Part shown: positions 52,026-64,000 of the stretch, in pieces
Layout of the letters: every line of letters starts with the position of its first letter
Numbering within the stretch: the stretch's first letter is position 1
Assembly: GCA_002269645.1 (NCBI GenBank)
Contig: NIVC01000788.1
Coordinates: 124,001-188,000, forward strand
DNA length: 64,000 nt
From: Macrostomum lignano
Taxonomy: Eukaryota
Reading direction: 5' to 3'
Made by a program: the position numbers and the translations under genes
The notes under the pieces: model-generated
Told to the model about the DNA's origin: nothing
Seen by the model: the letters and a program-made list of their open reading frames with translations, nothing else
The model's database searches: none

Positions 52026-52625
52026 TTCTCTCTCTCTCTCTCTTTCTCTCTTTCTCTCTCTCTCTCAAACTAACTTTGTATTTAGTTTTAGTTTTAGTTA
52101 TTTTTGTAACAGTTTCTCAACTACAGTTTTATTGCAGTTTATTTTTTAGCTCCCCAAATTTTACTTGGCAGTGATGAGGAGATTTGAGAGTCATATTTTC
52201 TTAGAACCAAAACTGGGCCCTTAGATTACTTGAGTTGCGCGCAGTCCACCCATAACAGGTCGCAAAACCCTAGCCCAGTTGTCCGGTCTAGGTCTTGGGC
52301 TTCCTCTTCTGCCTCTCTTCTTAAATCTCTCTCCTCTCTCCTCTCTCATTTCTCCTCTCCCTCCGCTCTCATCTCTCATCTCTCATCTCTCATCTCTCCT
52401 CTCATCTCTCTCATTTCTCCTCTCCCTCCGCTCTCATCTCTCCTCTCATCTCTCCTCTCATCTCTCCTCTCATCTCTCCTCTCATCTCTCTCATCTCTCC
52501 TCTCTTCTCTCCCGTCTGTCCTTGCTTCTTTCTCATCTCTCCTCTCTTATCTTTCTCATCTCTCCTCTCCCTCCTATCTCTTCTCTCTCATCTCTTTTCT
52601 CTCCCTCTCCTCTAGTCTCTTTTCT
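51976..52625. repeat. (CT)n and CT-rich degenerate tracts (51976-52066, 52325-52625)
   Basis: Direct inspection. Confidence 0.85.
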
Positions 52626-52825
52626 TTCTCATCTATTCTTCGCATTCTCAAAAACGGGGCGCTGCTTCGTCTACTTTTTAACAGCTTATATAGCTGTTCT
52701 AACTGTTACAGGGTGCAGCCGAGTGCAGTACAATAAATATATCATATTTTTACTCCTCAACATATCAATTTAGCACTATCTAGGCAAAGCATTAACATAC
52801 AGGATAGCCTAAGAAAGGCCCCTAC

Positions 52826-52867
52826 CTCATCCGCGTCCAAGTCGTCATTGTACTCGGACTCGCTCAT
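52826..52867 (-). CDS. DPP alternative first coding exon D: MSESEYNDDLDADE
   Basis: ATG, 42 nt, gag|gtagg donor, phase 0; acidic N-terminus. Confidence 0.7.
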
Positions 52868-54313
52868 CTCGCCAGTGGCAGCAGGGGTGGCTGCAACTGT
52901 CGGGATCTGGGGCTGGGATCTGTGGGGAAGCGAGCCCGCTCAGTGTCAACCGCAGATGGCAGCCGGTCCAACTGTGCCCAACTGTCCAGGCATGCGGGAT
53001 GCCACAATAAAGAGGGGGATTTCCTTAGGAAATTGAGTCGGCAAAGTTGAGGCGAAAAGAGAGAGAGGACGGAGGCCTCGGGAAGCTGCTAGAAGTAAAA
53101 GAGAAGCCCTCACTCTTGTTGCTATGCCAGTCTGACCGGCTCTTATCCTACCAGACCTCGCCTGCCAGCGCTCGCTCCCCCTTTCCTCGCCCGCTCTCTT
53201 CCTCCTAATTCTGGTTGGACAACAAATGCAAAAGCAGCAACTAGGGCTGATCCCTCTTCTGTTGCTGTTGCAAAATTGAACCCCAACAGCTCTCCGACTT
53301 TTGCCGCCGCAGAAAAAGGTTGGAAGAAGATTTTCTGGTTGATGACAGCATTTTTTGCTGAGCTCTAAACTGCGGTTTTTCTCCAGCGATGCTTCGTACT
53401 ATTCCTGTCTTTATTTATCATCAGTTTATTTCTTGCTTGCCAACAGACCTCCGTGCGGGACACCCACAGCTCCTTCCTCTGTGTTCTTTACCCAGAAAAG
53501 CCTTCAAACTTTGCCTTGAGAGAGATCGCGCGCGCCAGTGAAGCCGGCAGCTACTAGTATTAACGACTCCTTCGCGTAGTAAGGGGAAAACTAGATGATT
53601 TGAAGGAGAAAATGGGATAAAAATAGGCAGAGAAGGGGGAGGGCGAGGGCGAGGGCGAGGGCAACAAACCGGAAGAAGGCAGGGCCAGAGGATCAGTGCA
53701 AAGCTGGGCGGCCTGGAGAGGGTTGTGGGGGATTATTTGACGGGAGGAGGAACTGAGGTGGAGGCGAAGACGGAGAAGGAACCGCTGAGCAGTGCTAGAA
53801 GTGAGGCTGAACAGAGGCCAAGAGAGAGAGGGAGACAAGGACAGGAGAATTTCTGGCGAAAGAAAGGATCCGCATAGGAGCGAGTTATTGAGAAGAGAAT
53901 TGAGCAGGTACAAGGCACTGAGGCTTGAACTATAGCTGCAGAGAGCGCACTAGAGGCCGCGCTTGGATCACCACATCTTGGACCTCTTGGTGGCAAGTTA
54001 GTTGATAGTATTATTAAGCTATACTTAATCTACTTATAGCTTCGGTTCGCATCGAGACTAGGCCTGCCCACTACATAACGTGACTGATAGACAAAGGCCA
54101 ACCCGGATGTCAGTGGCATGCGCAATCAAACAGAGCAGTGAACCTTTCACTTTGTTAGGGCTTCACATTTTACCTGTGCATTTAAGTTGAGCCATGAACA
54201 GCTGAAGCGGAAGGCCGCTTGCAGCAGCTGGATGGGCGGCAGTTTTCAGAAACGCCTTCGACAACATCTCGTCCCACAGCCAGCTTGAATGAATATGGAA
54301 TGGAATGAATAAA

Positions 54314-54375
54314 GGGAATCGAACCAGGGGTCGTGGCGCAAGAGTCGCTCCGTCCCCTTGCGTTCTCCTGCTTTG
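54314..54375 (-). mobile_element. Degenerate SINE head related to 44460-44660
   Basis: gggaatcgaaccagggg.cg.ggc...gagagtc is shared. Confidence 0.5.
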
Positions 54376-55194
54376 GTCAATCCGAGATAGAAATTCTAAC
54401 GCACACTGAGCTACATCTCGCCCACTTAGGCCTGCCGCTAACACGTGACCGATGGACAAAGGTATCTGGAGCGCATTATAAAACGAACGGCCCCCTTGAA
54501 GGACTGCTCAAGGCTGCTTTCACCCTCGCCCTCAAATTCTTTAGGTTTGCGGATTTCTGGCCCATACAGCTGATGCACTTTAGATCCCTCAGCGGCTTCC
54601 ATTCTGCCGAGACAGTTTGGCGGCAGATATCAGAATTTAAGAAAGGGAAAGGATTACCGAAAGATGGGCTGAAAGACTGACAGAGCTTTTTTCTCTGAGG
54701 GCCTTCATTCTATCCGCTTTCTTTCCTAACCCCTCTCTTCTCTCCCCGCTCCTCTCCCCATCTCTGAATAATCCCGTCCCTGCCCCAGTTGGCCCAAAAT
54801 GCATGACTATAAGTGGTGGTTCTGTTCAACCAGGTGATTGATCAGTTCCTGTCCGCCCCGAGACAAGTGTATTTGGCCTCGAGGCTGAGGAGCAGACTGT
54901 TGGAGAAGACGGCCTGCAGACCTGCTCCCACTTGTCTCTGTTTGTCTCTGCACCCCCTTCTGCCCCGATCTCATGCTGCAGCCACATATGCGAGCTGATA
55001 GAACTTATCAGCTGATGTGCGATAGCTCCCCGGTGAACGAGTGATCAAGCTGCTACTGCAGGGAATTCGGATACGATGCTTAGCGAACTACTCACAGTAA
55101 GCTATTGGAGTGTCATCTGACTGAGCTTGAATTTACTACGAACTGCGCTGCGATACAAGACCAAAAAGAAAAATAAGGCTACCCAAGTACCACC

Positions 55195-55666
<472 letters not shown>

Positions 55667-55676
55667 CGCGCCTCAC

Positions 55677-55817
55677 CTCCAGCCTGTCAAATGTCTGATC
55701 AACCGTCTCTGTCCTCAGCAGCTGCTGATGAGTAGTCCGTCCTCCGCCACCGCCGCCGCCGCCGCCGCTGCCGCGGTTGCCCCCTGAAGGCATGGCGCCC
55801 GATCTGCTGGCCAGCAT
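55677..55817 (-). CDS. DPP alternative first exon C: MLASRSGAMP..poly-G..LLRTETVDQTFDRLE
   Basis: ATG, 141 nt, gag|gtgagg donor, phase 0; paralogous to exon B. Confidence 0.75.
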
Positions 55818-56384
55818 TTCGCTCACAATGCGGACCTAAGGCTATACTTGCTTTCTAAATCGCTTCTGCCTTTCTAAAGCGCGTTTTCTCTCAGCGCTCT
55901 TTAAGCTGCTCCAAGAAATGACTTGCCGCTGCGATACATTTATATTCACTCAGAAAGCATTCTCACAGTGGAGAACAGACGGCCCCAAAAGCAAGAGAGT
56001 CGCGCACGTCACTGCCAAGTCAGGTTCACTCAGGAAATTCATTCTCTTTGTGGCAGCTCGGGACAACTGTGCTTTCACAATGGCCTTGGAGCACGCTCTC
56101 GCTCACCCTCCCTCCCCCACCGTCTCTGTGCCCCTCAGTCTGTTGCATATTCCTGTCCAGTAGCCAAATTATTCTGTTGGAGATTTCAGCGTTTCCGTAA
56201 ATAGAAAAAGCAAACTTGATTTGAGGAAAAGCGCTTGACCTTAGGCCTGACATCAGCGCGAGAAAAACACAATCTTATTTTGCAGTTACCTCAGAATTAT
56301 CGAAAATCTAAACATTATAAAACGAGTGACAGTCTTAAAATTCCATATCCGCATGGAGTGGCAGAAAAAAATCGCTATTGGAGG

Positions 56385-56585
56385 GTGTGACAGATTCTTA
56401 CAATCCATTGAAATGGTGTGACAGACCTTTACAATCTCCTGGATTGGTGTGACAGATCCTTACAATCCCTTGGAATGGTGTGACAGATCCTTACAATCCC
56501 ATAGATAGGAGTGACAGAATTCTTACGGTCAGATAGAATGGAGTGACAGAATTCTTACGGTCAAATAGAATGGAGTGACGGATTT
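56385..56585. repeat. ~31-bp short minisatellite
   Basis: About 6 units of gtgtgacaga..cttacaatcc..gaatg. Confidence 0.8.
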
Positions 56586-57654
56586 TAGAATCAAACGTGC
56601 GAGCTTATGTGTTATATCTTCACTGAAAAGATATAACAAAATGTTAGGAAAAAAATCCCAATTCTCCACACCGCGTGTATGTTCTAAAAAATGAAAACTC
56701 CAGCTAAAAAAAGTTCTCGGAATTCTGTACTGCTAGTTACAGTAGAAAACCTGGGAATAGGGCTTTTCTAAGAAAAAGAAACGCTCGTTGACGGCTCTAA
56801 TGAGCTGCTGGTGTTGACTTAGGCGCGATGGAATGTGAAGTGTTTGGGCAGAGAATTTCCCGTTAACTAGCTAATTTATTTGTTAGCTAAAGCTCTCATT
56901 TGACAAGGTCAAAAAAACGCTCATTAATAGGCCATATCTAGTAGCCAGGGGCAGAAATTTGTGTCTTTTTTGTCTAAATTCCCTCCATTAGCTGCCACCA
57001 GCCCTAATCCCTTTGGATTAAACATCGATGCAAAATAATCGAAAGACATTGAGAGAAAAATTCTAAGAAGAGATAAACAGACAGGCAGACAGGCGGTTGA
57101 CTACATGTAGAGGGAATTACTTGTCTCAATTTGCATGCTAATCCCGCCTCGATGCATTCAGTGTGGATGGCAGCTCTTGACAGTGGCAGAGATGCGTAGA
57201 CAGTCACAGTTGCAGGACTGAGAGCAGAGGCGGCTGCAGTGCAGTTTCTGAGGCTAAGAAACAGTTAAAAGTGCAATTTGAGCGCAAGAAAGAATCGCAA
57301 TTCAGCAAATCCCAATCCTTATTGCCTTCACTATCTTTATTTAAGCATTCAAGTTGGGCCAAGTTTTCTCGATTGATTTCCAAGCTCTCACTCTTACTAT
57401 ATAGTGGTAGGTATCAAAGGTTTTTTTAAGCAGGATTGAGTTGAATCAAATTCTGACGGAAAAGTCGCATTCGGCACTTTATCAAGCGGGAGTTGGCTGG
57501 GCTGGCCCACCACTGCCTCCAGGGAGCTTGTGGGGGAGGGCAACAGTCCCCTCCAGAGGGAGCTGCGGACCCTCTTCGAGTGCTAAATATGCTGAGCAAT
57601 AGTTTGCCTGAGCAGGGAGCAGCTCCATTGGGATTCTTTTGGGGCCTCTCTTCT

Positions 57655-58085
57655 CCACCTCTTCTCTCTCCTCTTTCCTCTCTCCTCTCTCCTCTCTCCT
57701 CTCTCCTCTCTCCTCTCTCCTCTCTCCTCTCTCCTCTCTCCTCTCTCCTCTCTCCTCTCTCCTCTCTCCTCTCTCCTCTCTCCTCTCTCCTCTCTCCTCT
57801 CTCCTCTCTCCTCTCCCCTCTCTCCCTCTCCTCTCTCTCTTCTCTCCTCTCTCCTCTCTCCTCTCTCCTCTCTCCTCTCTCCTCTCTCCTCTCTCCTCTC
57901 TCCTCTCTCCTCTCCCCCTCTCTCCCTCTCCTCTCTCTCCTCTCTCCCTCTCCTCTCTCTCCTCTCTCCTCTCTCCTCTCCCCCTCTCTCCCTCTCCTCT
58001 CTCTCTTCTCTCCTCTCTCCTCTCTCCTCTCTCCTCTCCCCCTCTCTCCCTCTCCTCTCTCTCTTCTCTCTTCTCTCCTCTTTCG
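57655..58085. repeat. (CTCTCCT)n repeat
   Basis: Direct inspection. Confidence 0.92.
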
Positions 58086-59130
58086 TCTCCCATCGTTTTT
58101 TTCTATCCTACCTTATTCTTATATCTCTCACCCTCCTTTCTCTCCTTCTATCATAAATGCTTTCCATATTTTTTATATTCAATGGCAGCATCAAACCACA
58201 AGCAAAATTTAGTATAACTCATTCAGATCTCATGCAGTTCGCATGAGCACAGCTGAGCCTCTGATCATCCGCAGGCCATGACAAACTTTTCTGAGATGAA
58301 CAAGCTAAGCATGGAACTTTTATCCAGATTCCAGGTCGCTTCCCACTGCCACTCGTATCCTCCCCAACCGATTTCCTTCTCAATCCATTCCGGGGCCTCA
58401 GTTGTCCAATGAATATTTTATTTTCATCGCGCACGCTGCACTCAGCCGAGCAAGTGGAGGCGCCGTGCCGGATCTTCGGCTATCTCTCCCGTCTCTTCAC
58501 CTCCCCACCCTGCTTGCGGAGTTTTATGCGATGCATCCGCGGGACAGGCCGACCCGCCTCTTCCCTATGCCAGCTGCGCGGAACAGCCCGCGCATTCTGC
58601 AATGCGTTCTGGGATCGGCTTGATAGAGTTAAAAGCAGAAAATGTCTGCCCAAATCAGTGCCTAATTTATTGGTTTTCCATTGCTGTTGCATTGACTCTC
58701 AGGAGTTACTAAACATGAAACTTAAAATAGCCGCTGAAGTTTTATGATAGCGCAGCCACAGGGAACCAGCATTCCGGAATTTTTTTACTTTGGGCGCTGG
58801 CCGGGGAGGGAAACAGAATCTAGCTGCGTTAGCACTTCGAGATTTTTAAACTTTGGGCACTGATTTTTTCAGAGATTTTTTTTGTTCAAAAAGTTATGGG
58901 GCTTCTCTGAATTGGGTCTTTTGCAACATTTTTTCGATTGGCATTTCTTATATTTTTTATTGACACCAGGCTCGTTAACTAGACTCGAACCCAGGACCTT
59001 CTTGGTGCTTAATAATAGCTTTATTCGTTGGATTGCTAGTCGACTTGTGTTAAATCCACCTGGGCACTAATCCGACTCGAACCCAGGACCTTCTTGGCGC
59101 TTAGTCTCTATTGGCGGCTCCTGTTCTCAC

Positions 59131-59304
59131 CTCCATATTCTCGAACACGGTGTCAACGTTCTCCGTGCGCCTGTTGAACCGCCCCTTCAGCAGGGCACCG
59201 CCACCGCCGCCGCCGCCATCACCGACGTGATCGTCGCCTCCCCCGCCGCCACCACCGCCGCCGCCACCGCCTCTGCCGCCGACCGTGACGCGAGCGGCGA
59301 ACAT
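59131..59304 (-). CDS. DPP alternative first exon B: MFAARV..poly-G..FNRRTENVDTVFENME
   Basis: ATG, 174 nt, gag|gtgaga donor, phase 0. Confidence 0.75.
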
Positions 59305-59631
59305 GACTTTTATCAGCTATTTATTAATTTATAAGAAACTCAACGCGACTGAAACACGTCGACTGTGTCGATAGCCCCAGCGATTTAGAAGGCTAAGCTT
59401 ACATATACAGTAATAATATGCAACCAATGGGGCCAACCTTAGCCAACCACAGCTAGCCATGGTGGATTTGGACTGGAGCTCGCCTTCCACCCTCCACTTT
59501 GCGGCCTCTCTCGGTGTGAGCAGAGCGGCTTTGAATTTGTCAGCAATGGAGTTGTTGAACTCTGTCCAATTGCGGAGTGGTGGCATTATGCTGACAGTAA
59601 TTTCAGATAATTCTTACTTTTGTTAATATGA

Positions 59632-60288
59632 CAATTCTCACGATTGCACTGTCTAGTTCTCAAGGTTGCATTGTCTGTTTCTCACGGTTGCACTGTCTGT
59701 TTCTCACGGTTGCATTGTCTGTTTCTCACGGTTGCATTGTCTGCTTCTCACGGTTGCACTGTCTGTTTCTCACGGTTGCATTATCTGTTTCTCACGGTTG
59801 CATTGTCTGTTTCTCACAGTTGCATTATCTGTTTCTCACGGTTGCACTGTCTGTTTCTCACGGTTGCATTGTCTGTTTCTCAAGATTGCATTGTCTAGTT
59901 CTCAAGGTTGCATTGTCTGCTTCTCACGGTTGCATTATCTGTTTCTAACGGTTGCATTATCTGTTTCTCACGGTTGCATTATCTGTTTCTCACGGTTGCA
60001 TTATCTGTTTCTCACGGTTGCATTGTCCGTTTCTCACGGTTGCATTGTCTGTTTCTCATGGTTGCATTGTCTGTTTCTCACGATTGCATTGTTTGTTTCT
60101 CACGGTTGCATTGTCTGTTTCTCACGGTTGCATAGTCTGTTTCTCATGGTTGCATTGTCCGTTTCTCACGATTGCATTATCTGTTTCTCACGGTTACATT
60201 GTCTGTTTCTCACGGTTGCATAGTCTGTTTCTCACGGTTACATTGTCTGTTTCTCACGGTTGCATAGTCTGTTTCTCATGGTTGCACA
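59632..60288. repeat. 22-bp minisatellite
   Basis: (tctcacggttgcattgtctgtt)n. Confidence 0.95.
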
Positions 60289-61204
60289 GCACAGTCTGGT
60301 TCTTACGTTCATATCACCTTCTTATAATTTTCCTGTCTACTTCTTGCAATAATACTAGCTATTTTTCAATACTACCTACTTCTCACGATTTATCCTGTCA
60401 CTATTCTATTGTCTACCGGTAATCTACACTAACGCAATGCTCTTCCCAGAAAAATTCAATGAGCTAATGCTCATAAATCTTACCTAGCCAGCTGTCAAGT
60501 GTCGGTACTGAACTGAGGTCTGCAGAAATCCCCGAGAGCCCAAGCTACCAGGAGCAGAAGCAGCATGCGGTGCCTTCTTTGTCTAACCATGGCTTGATTT
60601 ATTAATGCACTGCTAGGGTTGGCAGTCAGGCCATTGCAGCCGTGTACCACCCTCAAACTCAAAAAGCAATATTGTTGTCTCTATTGTTGTTGCACCGCGG
60701 ACAGAGCGGGGAGATGGTGCACAGCAGAAGAAGCGAGTGGCGGAATTCCTCTTTGAAGTTGTTTTCTTTTAAGTGACTCAATTTTGGGTTGAATTTTATT
60801 AGCTAAATTGTTTTCAAGAGGTCCTCAGTTCGAGTCTCAGCTCTTGGAAAAAATTTCTGAAACCCAGAACCCATGCACTGGGTGCAATATACATGGCCTG
60901 AGTGAATTCAAAGCTTTCATCTTAATTAAGTTCTGTATTCATCGTGGTGCGCTTGCGTATAAAGTCTGTTAGCTGCTACTAATAGTAAGACGAACAGTCG
61001 AAAAAAACTGTCGAAAAAATTCTGAACAAGTCAAGCAATAAAATGTCGACTAGATTGAATTTCAAGCTACTGATAGTAGCGTGGTTTGCTTATCAAAGTT
61101 TGATTTTTTGGGAAGCTTAGCGGTGAGATTCTCTTCAGGATGCACGCGCAGCCTCATCAAGAATCGAGCCCGGGTCCTCTAGTTCAAGAGAGTGACGCTC
61201 ACGA

Positions 61205-61495
61205 CCCCTGCCTTCCTGCGACCCCCCTGCGACCCCCCTGCGACCCCCCTGCGACCCTCCTGCGACCCCCTGCGACCCCCTGCGACCCTCCTGCGACCCC
61301 CCTGCGACCCCCTGCGACCCTCCTGTGACCCCCTGCGACCCCCTGCGACCCCTCTGCGACCCCTCTGTGACCCCTCTGCGACCCCTCTGTGACCCCTCTG
61401 CGACCCCCTGCGACCCCCTGCGACCCCTCTGCGACCCCTCTGCGACCCCCTGCGACCCCTCTGCGACCCCTCTGCGACCCCCCTGCGACCCCCTA
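61205..61495. repeat. ~10-11-bp repeat (gcgaccccct)n
   Basis: Direct inspection. Confidence 0.92.
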
Positions 61496-61616
61496 CAAGT
61501 CAAAAAGTAAGAAAATTCTAGTTAAAAAACTCAGTCTTCGCTACGTTTACTACTACACAACATATCGGCTGCCGAACGTTCTCTCTCTCTCTCTCTCTCT
61601 ACCATCTCAGCCTCAC

Positions 61617-61898
61617 CGCCTGCAGCTGCGCCAGCCTGGCCGCCTCCTCATCCCGCCTGCTCGTCCCGCCGGCCGCCGCTTTTTGGCCGCCGCAAGTCGC
61701 CGCCAGCTCCGCCTTGGCCTCAGCGGCCGCTGCAGCAACGGCGCCTTCGCCGCCTCTGTTGCTGTTGCCTTGGCGACTGGCGGTGGCGGCTTGGCCGGCC
61801 TGCCGCCGACGAAACAGCCGCCGCCAGTGGCTGTCCGGGTCTTCGGCGATGACATCGTCGGCGTAGTCTTCGAACAGCGGGTCCGGAGGCGCCGACAT
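61617..61898 (-). CDS. DPP alternative first exon A: MSAPPDPLFEDYADDVI..RLAQLQA (94 aa)
   Basis: ATG, 282 nt, gcg|gtgagg donor, phase 0, GC-rich coding style like other host exons. Confidence 0.65.
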
Positions 61899-62337
61899 GC
61901 CCGCTCAACTCAACTCAAGCAGAGATGCTGCTCAGGTGCGCTAGCAGTGTGCTCAGCTGTCTCCTCTCCCGCTGCTCCTCCCGCCCCTCCCAAAAGCTCT
62001 GGCAGCTGCTTTTGTTTTTTCTTATTTTCGAAAAAAGCAGACGAGAGCAGAGAGAAAATGAAACATCGCCTTTGCTTTGAGGGGCGGCTCGAGGAGGCTT
62101 GGGAATGGGTGGGATTTTTGAGGATCATTTTTTCTCTCTCAGTCTCTTCCCTTTCTGCGCCCCCTGTCGCTTCTGACGGCTACGCAGTGAAGGCCATCGG
62201 CGTTTCCCTGCCGCGTCTTCCGGTAATTACAGCGTCTGCAGCCTCCTCCGCCCAGATGAAGCTCAAAACTGCTCCCATTCTAAATGTGGGAATGCTGCAG
62301 TAATTCCTGATTATTAGACCCGATTTCCAGGCTGAGC

Positions 62338-63650
62338 ACATGAGACTGAGACACATGAGACTGAGACACATGAGACTGAGACACATGAGACTGAGACACA
62401 TGAGACTGAGACACATGAGACTGAGACACATAAGACACATGAGACTGAGACAAATGAGACTGAGACACATGAGACTGAGACAAATGAGACTGAGACAAAT
62501 GAGACTGAGACACATGAGACTGAGACAAATGAGACTGAGACACATGAGACTGAGACAAATGAGACTGAGACACATGAGACTGAGACAAATGAGACTGAGA
62601 CACATGAGACTGAGACACATGAGACTGAGACAAATGAGACTGAGACACATGAGACTGAGACACATGAGACTGAGACACATGAGACTGAGACACATGAGAC
62701 TGAGACACATGAGACTGAGACACATGAGACTGAGACACATGAGACTGAGACACATGAGACACATGAGACACTTGAGACTGAGACACATGAGACTGAGACA
62801 CATGAGACTGAGACACATAAGACACATGAGACTGAGACAAATGAGACTGAGACACATGAGACTGAGACAAATGAGACTGAGACACATGAGACTGAGACAC
62901 ACACATGAGACTGAGACACATGAGACTGAGACACATGAGACTGAGACACATAAGACACATGAGACTGAGACAAATGAGACTGAGACACATGAGACTGAGA
63001 CAAATGAGACTGAGACACATGAGACTGAGACAAATGAGACTGAGACACATGAGACTGAGACACACGAGACACATGAGACACATGAGACTGAGACACACGA
63101 GACACATGAGACACATGAGACTGAGACACACGAGACACATGAGACACATGAGACTGAGACACATGAGACACATGAGACACTTGAGACTGAGACACATGAG
63201 ACACATGAGACACATGAGACTGAGACAAATGAGACTGAGACACACGAGACACATGAGACACATGAGACTGAGACACATGAGACACATGAGACACATGAGA
63301 CTGAGACACATGAGACACATGAGACACATGAGACTGAGACAAATGAGACTGAGACAAATGAGACTGAGACACACGAGACACATGAGACACATGAGACTGA
63401 GACACATGAGACACATGAGACACATGAGACTGAGACACATGAGACACATGAGACACATGAGACTAAGACAAATGAGACTGAGACACACGAGACACATGAG
63501 ACACATGAGACTGAGACACATGAGACACATGAGACACATGAGACACATGAGACTGAGACACATGAGACACATGAGACACATGAGACTGAGACAAATGAGA
63601 CTGAGACACACGAGACACATGAGACACAAGAGACTGAGACACATGAGACT
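62338..63650. repeat. Composite 15/9-bp minisatellite
   Basis: (catgagactgagaca)n with catgagaca subunits. Confidence 0.97.
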
Positions 63651-63884
63651 GAAGATCTGTGGACTCTCCAATTCGAGAAATCCGTATTGAATTCCTAATT
63701 TTAGTCCCCCTGAAATGCTAGCTGTTTCAGCTGCGAAGCATATGCTAGTTAGTAAAAATGTATCAAAAAATTGTAAATCTGCTTCAGGCAAAACAGGCAA
63801 TCAGAAAGCAAAAGACGAAGAGCATTAATCAACTGCTTCCTTTCTTTCACTTCAAAGGCTTTTATATGCTCTTTATATAAATTT

Positions 63885-64000
63885 CAGATGATAATCAGAT
63901 TGCAGATAATCAGATTACAGATAATCAGATTACAGATAAGCAGATTGCAGATAATCAGATTGCAGATAATCAGATTACAGATAATCAGATTGCAGATAAT
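63885..64000. repeat. 15-bp repeat (gattgcagataatca)n running off the window
   Basis: Direct inspection. Confidence 0.9.

Overview
This is eukaryotic, intron-rich animal DNA. The poly-Ala/Gly-rich GC coding style and minisatellite-filled introns suggest a Macrostomum-like flatworm, but that is inference only. 1-16 kb is an AT-rich block of decayed DNA transposons: a ZSWIM3-type MULE transposase, an hAT-fold transposase that may end in a Spindlin-like Tudor module, and two hAT-type MITEs with perfect 8-bp TSDs. 16-19.7 kb (+) is an EPS15-like gene (3 EH domains, coiled coil, DPF repeats, UIMs). 21.9-61.9 kb (-) is a ~40 kb DPP4/DPP6/DPP10-family S9B peptidase gene; I reconstructed 16 shared coding exons with an intact Ser-Asp-His triad. 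Upstream of its shared transmembrane exon lies a ~14 kb array of at least six candidate alternative ATG-bearing first exons, all ending in phase 0, two of them paralogous. Most introns are filled by a different tandem repeat. One intron holds an antisense Penelope-like element with a minimal hammerhead-ribozyme motif, and several tRNA-derived SINEs are present, one with a CORE (MIR-like) domain. All calls are by eye, with no database searches; boundaries of repeats and decayed elements are approximate.
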